61,201 nt of DNA. Origin: a virus. Lineage: Duplodnaviria > Caudoviricetes. Shown one piece after another: positions 45,653 through 57,600 of this stretch. The notes beneath the pieces are model-generated. The model did not search any database. It saw nothing but the letters and a program-made list of their open reading frames with translations, and had not been told where the DNA came from. The number at the start of each line of letters is the position of its first letter. Position 1 is the first letter of the stretch. The position numbers were made by a program, and so were the translations under genes. The stretch covers positions 1 through 61,201 of IMG/VR virus record IMGVR_UViG_3300009790_000010. One strand, given 5' to 3'.

Positions 45653-48600
45653 TGAAGAAAAGCCCTAAGAACGCCCAAAAAGGTAAATCAGTTTCCTCTG
45701 GTATACCTAACTTACCACCAGTGATGTCTGGAGGAAGTGCTCCTTTACAAAATCAAAAGTATATGGAAGAAGCGTTTGGTGGATACCAACAACCTTCACG
45801 TTCATTAATGGGTGGTATGAATTTAAGTCCTGACTTCCAACCTATGGGTGTTCCTAGAGTAGCAGGTAATTTAAACTTTGAAAACTTCATGCAAAATGCA
45901 GCTACTCCAGGTGATTATGGAGCAGGTGGAAGAGTTATTACAGAAAATGAAATGGATGGCTCAGGAAGATATGATTACTTTATGCCTTCTAGTATAGGTG
46001 TTAATAATGAAGAGGTAGCTGCTGCTAATCAAGGATGGGGAGAGAAAGCTGTTAACGGTTTATTAAAAGGTACATATCTTGTAGGAAGTACTTTTCTACA
46101 AGGTACCGTAGGAGCAGTTAACGGTCTTTATCAATGGGCTGATACTGGACAGTTTAGTTCTTTCTATGATAATGAATTTAATCGAACATTAGATGAAGGT
46201 AGAGCATATTTAGAAGATGCATTACCTAATTATTATTCTCAAGCTGAACTAGATGCAGATTGGTATTCTCCTACCTATTGGATGACAGGAAATTTTCTAT
46301 GGGATGGTATTGTCAAGAACTTAGGTTTTGCTGTAGGTGCATACTATACAGGTGCAGCTTACGCTGGTGTCCTGAGAGCACTTAGTTTAAGTGCTCGTAT
46401 GGTAGTAACTGGACAACCTAATGCAGCAGCAACATTGGCTGCTACAGAAAAAGGATTATCTGCAGCTAATAGAGGAGCTGGTGTATATGGTGAACTTGAG
46501 AGTCTTTCAAAAAACTTCTTAAGTCAATATAATGTTTTAAATCCAGCTCAGAGAATCGCAGTAGCAGGACTATCTACACAAGGTGAAGCTGGTATTGAAG
46601 CACTCCATAACAGTAATGAATTTAGACAAACCTTAATAGACGAATATAAACAGGAGTATGGAGTAATGCCTGGTGGACAAGCGATGGCGGATATAAATGC
46701 TGCAGTAGAAGGTGCAGGTAATGTTTCTTTCTGGGCTAACGTAGGTGTTCTAACTGCAAGTAACTATATTATGTTCCCTCGTATTGCACGTAATGGTTAT
46801 ACATCACAAAAGGCAGCTCTTAATAATACCATAAAGAGAACTAATGGTATAGTTGCTAGAGGAGGAACGTTTGCTCCAGATGTTAAGAAAATTCATCCTT
46901 ATCTTCGTACACTAAATAACATCCGACCTTATTTATTTTCCACTACAGAAGCACTAGAAGAAGTTTCTCAATATGGAATTAGTGTTACAACAAAAGATTA
47001 TTACAATAAACAATATAATAACGAAGCAACCAGTTGGATAAGTTCTATGGGGGTAGGACTAACAGACGGTGTGTTTAGTAATGAAGGTGCTAAGAATGCA
47101 TTAATTGGTGGTATCTCTGGTAGAATAATGACTATTAGAGGAATGAACAGAGAGCGTATAGGTAGAAATACTAATACAGCTAATGCAATTAGGGAACTTA
47201 ATGATTCTCCAACACTATCTAAATTTACTCAAGAGACAATTTATTCAGTTAACAGAGCAGGAGTATTAGGAGATGAGTTAAATGCGGCAGTAGAAAGAGG
47301 AGATGAATATGCTTACAAGAGTTTAGAAAGTGACTTTATAATAAACTATCTAACTCCTAGAATAAAGTATGGTAGATATGATTTAGTAAAATATGATATA
47401 AAAACTCTTAGAGATGTAGCTGTAGGAGACTTTACACAGCTACAAGCTGAAGGAAAAATTGCACCTGGAGATACAAAACAAAGATACATTGATCGTTTAG
47501 ATAATCTAAGTGATGTGGCTGATCAAGTTAACACTTTATATCAAGCACTTAATTTAAGATATGGAGGTATCCAAAGACTAAACAAGACTACTGGTAAAAT
47601 GGAAACAGTGTACGATGAAGGTGTTATAAATCAAATGATATATGCAGCTGCTACAGTACAAAACTTTGACAAACGTCTACAAGATGTAATAAGTGAATTT
47701 AATACAGCTTTACCAGGAGTAGACTTTGATACTATGATAAAAGATATTCTTGCTGGAGATGGAGCAAGTCTATCTAATGCAATGGATCTTATAGAGGCAC
47801 AGAACATACTATCAGATACTAAAAATAGTCAAAAACAAGCTCTAGAAGATCTTGCTAAGATGGTTATACAGAGAGAACAATTTCTTACAGAGTATGACAA
47901 GATTAAAGACAATCCTGACATGTATTCCTCTGCTCCTACCGGAGTAGAACCAGATGATGAGGAGGAGGAAACAGATATTGAAGATAGTTCTGTTGTAGTA
48001 ACTACTAAAGATGGAGAAAGAACATTAGATATAGGAGGGAGATATTATGTAGGAAGAGGAGTAGACTTTAAGGGAGATACAGCAATAGACCAACCTATTG
48101 TAATATCTGAGATTGAAGTACTAGGAAAGAATGAAGATGGGACTATAAAAATAAAAGATAACAATGGACTGGTTAAAGATATTTCACAGGAAGAGTTACT
48201 TAATTTAAAAGTAGCACCACTTTCCAGTCTAGAGAATGATAAAGCTGCAGCATATTACTTTGAGAACAGAAATAAAGTATTTGAATTTAACTTACCTACT
48301 ACTCAAGGAGGTGCTCGTCAAGGTAGATTACAATACTCCGATGGAAAAATGTATTTTGTTTACAAGGACTCTAATGGAACTGTGCTTAGAAAGCAGATTA
48401 CAGGGAAGTTTTTTAAAGATGGAATTATTAAACCAGTAGGAGTTCTAAGTGAAAATCAAGGAAGAGCTAGTGAGGAATATTTATCTGATGATAACCTAGC
48501 ACAAGAACAAGAATCTTTAGCAGCGAGTAGAGAAGCTCGATTAGAGATTATGCGTGACTTAGGTATAGAATCTAAAAGAAGATTAGAAGAGATAAATAGA

Positions 48601-51600
48601 CAGATAGAGAAAGATAATAAAACTTTAGATCTAATTAAGAAAGACTTAGACGCTATAGCTTCTATGCAAGAGGGTGGAGAAACTATTAAGTTGACTTACT
48701 CCAAGGCATCAAAGAGCTTTACTAGAACAATCAATAGGCTCACTAAGATGCAGGCTGATACACAAAAACGTGTAGAGGAATTACAACTAGAGCAACAAGA
48801 AAATACCTTAAACGTAGAATACTTTGATACATTCACAAAAGACTTAGTAGATATACCTGGTAACAATGAAACATTCTTAAATGAATTAAAACAACAACTA
48901 AAGTTATTAGAAGACAATGGTAAGGCTGTAAACAAAGAGATTGCTGAGAACAAAAAACTTATAGATAAATTAATAGACGCTGCTAAATCTGCAGCTAAAT
49001 TACTAAAATCTGCTATCAAGTCTGGATATAAAGTAGGAGAAGACTTTACAATAGACATGGATCTTCTATTAAAAAAAGCTGCAAAAGGAGAAGACCTAGA
49101 ATCTACCTGGCCTTTGTTAAAACAAATGCTAGCAGACTTTAATCTTACAAATGACTTACTTAAAGAAGTTACCATATCAGAGAAGGCTGCATTTGAAGCC
49201 TTAGAAAAGACTGAAGAGTTAGAGAATCAACTCGATGCACTCAGACAAGAATACAAAGTAAAGAGAGAAATAGTAAATAGATTTCAACAGTATATAGATC
49301 AGGCTAATAAAGAAAGAGCAGAGCAAGATCAAATATCTAAAGATATAAAAACACAACAGGAACTTGAAAACAATAGAGATAAGTCTGTTGTTATAGAAGC
49401 TGTACCTAAAACTTTTGACCCTGTAGCTAAGAAGTCAAATGAAGTGATATCTAGGTCTACAATCCCTCTGGATGATATACAAAAAGATCCTACTGATGCA
49501 GTGATTAGAGCTAATGAGTTTGGTTTTAATCTTCCTACTATGGAGAGAAGGGATGAGATGCGTGGAGTGTATGTAACATCTAGCACTCAAAGTGAATTAC
49601 TACCTGGCGTTATAGAAAAGATGTTAGAGGGAGCACCAGAAGAGAACTTAGAAAACTTTAAGAAAACAGCTATAGCTATGGTTATAGTTGACACAGATGG
49701 TGATCTTGTAGGTAAAGATGGAGCAAAGATACCAGAAGGTGAAAATGTACTAGATAATGCTATCTATATGTTTATGCCTGAGAACGGATTCAAGTCTAAG
49801 TACTATGAAAATGGTAGCATGTTTAGAAATCCCGACTCTAATCAAGCTAAACAAATAGTAGAGGAGTATAAAGAGTGGAGATCAAATATTTTAAACAATC
49901 CATTAGGTGAACCTTTTACAATATCACCTTCCTTTGGTATTACTGAATCAACACCTTCTCCTGTTAGTGTTTGGGAAGCAGGATTAGTAGAAGAACAAGG
50001 TAGTATAAAAGACAAAGTTATCTACATTCCTACAAATAATAATACTTTTTCTTCAGAGAATGGATCTCAATCTTTTGAGCAACCTTTAGGTAGTGTATTT
50101 ATAAAAACATCTAATGGTTATGTGCAGGCACAAAATAGAAAACATACTCGTGAGGAAGCTAAAGCTATCTATGATGCTATTTTAACTTATGCCACAGAAC
50201 TATTTGCAAAAAGAAAAGGATCAGACTTAGCACAAAATGCATTAAAGTTTCTAAGAGGAGTTACTTATTGGGGTAAACCAAGTAATGCTGCAGGACAGAA
50301 CAGTGTATACTTTGAGTTTATTAAGACCAGTACGTTTAGTGGTGTGGAGATGTTTGAAAAAGCAGTTATAAACTTTGGAGTAGAGAATCAAAGAGATCCT
50401 ATAGACTTTAATGTAAGGAGTTTACAAGCTAACGAAGAGCTTATCATCACTACGTTGATGGATATGTATTCTAACATTAATAACTCCTATGTTAAATCTG
50501 ATGAGCCATTCTTTCAAATTAAAAGTATAGATGCTGGAGGTAATATAGAACAAGTAAAATGGAGAAACTATCAAGACTACCTTCTAGCTTCTCAAGACCC
50601 AAGTGGACAAACTAGATCTGCTTCTGATCTTCCTTTATATGTAAACATACAGCCTTCTAGAGATGTTCTCAATCCAGATGCTCCTAAGCAAATAAATAGG
50701 AGAGCTATATATCTTGTAGACACAAGTAGAGAAATAGATTTAAATGTAGAGGAAGAGGTTATGATTGTAGATCCTGCTGATGTTCCTGTACTAGACGGAA
50801 AGACAATTAATGTCTTTACTTCTGTTAATGGTAATAGATTAAATTATACAGTTAGTCCTAGTATTAATTCTCAAAACTACATGCAAGCTATTCAAATGCG
50901 TGCTGGTTTGGATTTTGAAAAGGTTAAAAAAGATCTTAGAGAAGCTAAAGGTATGACTAGCGAGAAAGCTAATCAAACAGTAAAGGCTGCTATATATAAC
51001 TATGTTAATCCTCTTATTGCTAAAGCAAAAAGAAATGATCAACAAGAGAAGGATATAAATGAAAAAGCATCTGCCCTTAATAAGAAACTAAACTTTACAA
51101 AGTTTAAAGAACAACCAAAACAACAAACTAGTGTTGAAAAATATCGAAACAAAGGAAAGGTAACTATTAAATCTAAAGTAAGGAAAGCTCCAAATGGAAC
51201 TACGTACAATGATTTATCAGTTAAACCAGATATGTCTATTGAAAATTCACATCAAGATGTTTTAAATGTCGTATTAGATATAGTTAATGAAGTATCTAAA
51301 ACACCTCATAAAACCAACATCTACGGAGGTATAGTAAGAGTATGGGAATCTTCCTATATTTGGGAACCTTTAGTATATTTAAATGACTATTTAAACGATG
51401 AAAGATGGGGTAGAACTATAGACGATTTTTTAAACATATTAGAAGCTGACGCATTAACTAAAAAAGCAATAAAAGATTCATTAGAAAATAGAACTCCTAT
51501 TCAACTAACACAACAAACTAGTAAAGAGGTAGTAGAAGATAATCAAGAGGCAGAACTCAAAAGAAGACTTAACAATGGAAGAGGTGGTAGTGATCCAGTG

Positions 51601-54600
51601 CTACGTGAGATTACTGATCGTGCTGTAAAAAGAATGTCTGATAAAAACTGGAATGAAGTTACCAGTTGGATGAAAACAAACCTACCTAGTGTTCCAGTAT
51701 TTAGAGTTAAGAATATTATAGAGAACGGAAACGGTAAACAAGCATGGGGTATGTTCCAAGATGCAGCTATGTATATCTATGAAAATGCAGAGGTGGGTAC
51801 AGCCTATCACGAAGCATTTGAAGCTGTGTATGGAATGTTCTTAGATAGTAAGGAGAAAGCTAATTTATATAATGAGTTTAAACAACGTAAAGGTACGTTT
51901 GTAGATAGACCTACAGGTAAAAATATAAAGTTCTCTGAGGCTACTCAAGACGAAATGAGAGAACACTTAGCAGAGGAGTTTAAAGACTATGTACAATATA
52001 ACCAAAAACCTTTTTACGTAAAGATATTTAAACAACTAAAAGATCTTATAACTAGTTGGTTTAGAAGTCCAGACTCTAGTAAGTTTACTAAAGAATTATT
52101 TGATAGAATAGGAGATGGATATTATGCTACACCTGGTCCTGCTCTCTTCATGGACATAGATACAGTAACCGTAACAGATGGAGTATTTAGTTTAGGAGGA
52201 AGGATAGGTGGTAAAGAGATGCGTGACATACTTCATCAAATGACCTATGATATGATCACTCCTCTGGTAAGTACCAAAAGAGACTTACTTAGTGGATTTA
52301 CACAAGATCTAACAGGGCTTTATGATAAGTTAAAAGACGGAGTTCAGAAAAAGATTGACCAACGTATATATCAATTAGAAGAGGATAGAAAAAATGAAGA
52401 CTACAATTCAGGAAGTATTCAGGATTATATAACTGTTCTACAAGAAAAGTACTTAACTCTAGGATCTGATGTAAATACCTTATGGCCTGAGATTATAGAA
52501 AAACATAAAGAGTTCTTGAGACAATTCTCTATCACCTTTGATGAGCAAGGTCAACTAGAACTTCAAGAGGTAAAATCAAACAAGGGATGGAATACGGATA
52601 TTACTCTTGTAGATAATTACAAACAAACTAATTCAGGATTCAGATTACTTCTTAGTACCATCCCTAGAGTACAAGTAAGCAGTGAGGGTAGTATAGCAGT
52701 ATCTCCTAGTAGTATAGGAGGAGTTCAGTTACTACCTCAGAGTCAAACTTATATAACTCTTCTATCTAAACTGGCTAGTGCAGTTAGTATAACAGACATG
52801 TTATCTAAACTTAGAGACTTAGCTTTAGAAGATATCAATTATGACAGTTTTTATAGACGTGTAGTAGGAGCTAAACCCGAACCTAATGTTATACCTAACT
52901 TAGATAATATAACACAAGATCATCAACTAGCTTTAATAACTACACTATGGAAAACATTTAACAAAGCTGGAAATAAGGTTCCAGTGGTAAATGTGTTAGA
53001 AGGTAATGAAGTTCAGGTAACTGAAGCAAGTGTTGCTCCAGCTGCTCGTCAGATAGCAAAAGAGTTTGTTAATAATATTATTACCCAATCTAGATCTGGC
53101 TCTGGTGCGTTTATAAATACAGATGGTATATTTAATCCTAATCCTGTTATATTAAAAAAGCCTATTGGAACAGTTTCTCAAAATCTTTCGTTCTTAAAAG
53201 CTATAGGTATAAATATAAGTAGAGGAGCTATTAATAATGCTGTTAATGGAGCTGCTATATTAAATGAAGCAGTAGGAGGAATTAAATCAAGTATTCTTCA
53301 ATCAAGAAACATACGTATATTTAATTCTAAGGCCTTAGATATGGCAGGTAGACTTATGGAATTAGCTATTGTAAAATCTGCTTTCCAAAATCCTGAGGTA
53401 AGAAGTACCTTTACTAATGTAGAAGGACAAAAGGCTCAAACATATATAGCTCCAAACTCGTTCTCTAAATTACATGACTGGATAAAAAGTATTTCTAATA
53501 TATCTGAATTAGCTGGTACACCTTTTTCTTATTTACTTACAGATGTATTTGCTCAAGGATCTAGTACCCTCAAGAGAATATTCGACATAGATGGAAATAA
53601 GTTACCAGGATCTAATGAGTTATTATCTTCAGTAACTGCAGGAGGTATAATAAATCAAGCTAATGGTAGAAATACTAAATCTACTCAACTATCTATTCCT
53701 CAAAGATTAACACAAGAGCTAAACTTAAATATAAATGGAATATATCTAAATTTAGTTCCTGGTGATTCTTCATTAGAATGGGCATTAGAGATGGGTAATC
53801 CAGTTACAGAAAGTGATCTGCGAACTGATAAAGCTGTGTTTAATTCTATTATGAAAGACTTCTTTATAGCAGAGGTGAATTTAGCTAAAGAACAACGTGA
53901 TAATCTAGAGTTAATAGACGGTAGAAAGTCTACAGATTTAAGATTCTTTAAAGGTATATTGACAGAGGAAACAAATAAGGAAATAGAAAAACAAATCTTA
54001 GATCCTTTACAGGATGCAGAAACTATATACGACAGTCAGGAAGCAGCAATTAAAACTCAAACATTTGAGTATGTATTAAAGAATACTTCTAAAACTATAG
54101 CTGAATTAGTAAAAAATGGAATTGTCCAAGAACAATATGATAATCTAGGTAATCCAGCTGGATATACAATAAACAATGTTCAAGGGATGAGAACTATACA
54201 ACCTGAAGGTCTCACTACCGTTATGGCAACAATGACTGCTAATTATATAATTGCGAATATAGACCAACACAAATTAGTATACGGTGACCCTTATCAATAT
54301 AAGGATGAATTAAAGCGTACTAAAAGTTTCTTATCTCCTAGACAGCCTGTAATTAATAGTTCTCCTGAATGGAACAATAAAGCTAATGACTTATATAACA
54401 GAGACTACACACCTGAAACAATAGGTTATACAGACTTTACAAAAGATTATTTCTCTACCGTCACATATGGAGATGTCTTAGGTGTATCGGAATTATATGA
54501 TGGTAATTTTGAAGAGACAGATGGTGGGGGATTAATAACAGAAAAAGCAGATCGTAACTTCCAACTTAGAACAGGTACATGGAATGCAGATAAAGAAAGA

Positions 54601-57600
54601 CAATATAGATATAATGTTGCATGGGAAAAGAGAGACAAAAAACAAAAGCTAACTCGTAGAGAACGAGATATTCTTAAGGAAGGTAACCCTCGAGTAAATA
54701 TAGTTGCTTTAAAACCTATAGTATCAGGAGCTAGACTTGGATATGAAGGAGGAGACAACTTTATAAACGAAACAGTACTAGATAAATTTGCATTGTTCCC
54801 AATCTCTTATAGAATAATGAAGGAACTTGATCCTGATTCTAATATGGTGAAGCTATATAATAAGATGCAGGATGAAAATATAGACTACATAGTATTTAAA
54901 AGTGGTAGAAAGGTAGGAGCTGGACCAGTACATGCACCTTATGTAGATGGAGAGTTTAATGATGCTCCATATAGCAATACGGTAAACGTACCTTTCTCTA
55001 TAATGGGTCTTCAATCAGATGTACCTTCTAAAACTAGTGGTACAGTTACTAGAGGTAGTCAGGTTACTAAATTGGTAACTTTAGATCTTTTAGATAATAG
55101 TGTACCTTATGATTATGACGGTACATTCGATGAATGGAATAAACTGAGTGAAGAACAGAAGATAGCTGATTCTGCAATCTATAGAGAAATAGATAGAAAC
55201 ACAAGGTTAGTTAATGCTCTTACAGAAGAAGCAGGTAAACAAGTGTTGAATAGACTGGGTATAGAAAGAACAAAAGATGGATTCCAAGTAAAAGACTTAA
55301 GTAAAATAGCTACTACTCTACGTGAAGAAATGTTTAAAAGAGAATCAAATGATAATCTTAGTCAGGCTATTACAGGTTTCTTAGAAGGGCAATCTGTACT
55401 AGAATCTACCCCTGCGTATAATGAGGTAAGAAATATTTTATACTCTATTGTACAGAAAAACATAGTAAGACCTAAAATATCTGGAGGAGAGAAAGTACAA
55501 ATGCCTTCTGCTTATTTAGAAAGCAAACGTGCAGAATTTAATGAAGAATTAAATGGATACACCTCAGATATACTTAAGTTCTATGAGAATGAAGATGGAG
55601 AAAGAGTAATGGAAATTATGGTGGGACGTTGGTTTAATAGTCCAATGTCTGATACAGAGCTACTAGAATATCTTAACAATACAGAAGAAGGACAACAAGC
55701 TTTACGTGGTGTTGCGTATCGTATACCTACACAGAAACAAAACTCTATAGATGTTATAAAGATAAAACAATTCTTACCTCAAGAGTATTCAGATCAAGTT
55801 ATTGTACCGTCAGCTATAGTCAAGAAAGTAGGATCGGATTTTGATATTGATAAATTAAATCTATTCCTAAAAAACATGCGTGTGATAGGTGGTAGGCTAA
55901 AACCTGTACCTTTCTATGGTATAGGAGAGGATGCTAAAGTAAAGATCACAGAAGACTATGATAAGGGAGAGTTTATATCACCTGCTCAAGAAAAAGAACT
56001 CAATCAAATTGTAAGAGAGATGGATAGAGTAGAGCAATCATTACAGAAAGCTCAAGATAGCGATTCAGCTGATCCAGGTAATTTAATTAATCTACTTAAA
56101 GAGGTTGGTTTATTTGATAGTGAAGAAACTACTTTAGACTTTGTTGATGAAATAAGAGATAAAGGAGCTAAGAAAACATTTATCGATAAGATATATAAAG
56201 AGTCCCTAGAGAATGAGTATATAAACTCTATGGAAAATTTAATCACCTTACCAGAAAACTTTGAGAGACTAATTCTTCCAAATAATGCTGATCAAGCTAA
56301 AGCCCTTGCAGCTGAAATTGTAGAGAGAAAAGGACAAACATCTTTCAATTCTAATAATATAGACAATTTATTAGATAGACCATTTATGCAGAGATTGAGA
56401 AATGCATTTGTAGCAGGTAAGAAGGCTATTGGTATTGCAGCTATTGGTCAAACTAGTTTAGCTCTAGCACAACGTATAACATTATTTCTTCCTACAAATT
56501 ACATTTCTTTCAAGAACAAGAATACAGTGAACATAGAAGGTGAAGAGATGATTAGTTTTTCTGGTAGAAAAAATGCAGCTGATAATTTTATATCCGATAT
56601 AATGGGACAGTTTATGGATGGTTATGTAGACATTGCAAAAGATCCATGGATATATGCCCTAGGTGCTACACGTAGAAATGTATCTACCTGGTTGTATTTA
56701 CTCAGAGCTGGTGTACCTTTAAGAGATGTAGCATTCTTTATTAATCAACCAGCTATACAAGAGTATCTACAAACTATAGAGAATCAAGGAGGAATAACAA
56801 TAGTAAGAGAGGATATTAAAGATGAAATTTTAAAAAGTATAAATGTTCAAGGAATAAATTTCACAGGTAGTACTATTCCGGCACCTAACTATCTAAGAAA
56901 GTATATAGGTAAAAGTTTAGAAAGCTTAAGTGTTCAAGAGAAGAAGGTTCAAGGATATATGTTAGAGGAGTTTGTAAAATATGCAGAGCAATCGAAAATG
57001 TTATTTGATTTAAACAGTGGTACCAACTGGGATGTAACTGTATTTAATGATCCTTATATAGTGTTTAAGAAAACAGTACAACAAATGCAGGCCAAGGATA
57101 TTGAGATAAAAGCTTATGTAAATGGTCAAGTAATAGATGCACCAGATGCTACTATGGAGTCTACATTTTTAGCTACTACAGCGGATACAGTGGTGAATGC
57201 AAGAAGAGGAATATCCACTGCTTTAACTGCCGATCAACCAGCTGTAACAAGTGTACTACACAAGGTGCTTCTTCCATATGTCAATACTTCAGATTACAAC
57301 TTTGTAAGAATAGCTAGAGCAGCCACTAATGCTTTGTTTGACTATGCTGTACAGACAAATCAACAATTAAATACATTACTAAAAGAATATCTGACAGGAA
57401 AGACAAACGTTGCAAGAGAGGTTATAAATTTTGTTAATGATGTAAAACAAGATGTTGATCATCCTTTATATAACAATGAGGTTATAAATTTATTTACAAC
57501 TAATCCTTCCAGAAGAGTAGGAGTAGTTCCTATTAATCTGACACTTAAAAGTAACGATAGAAAAGTATATGATCAAAATGCTATCATCTATGGCTTTGAA

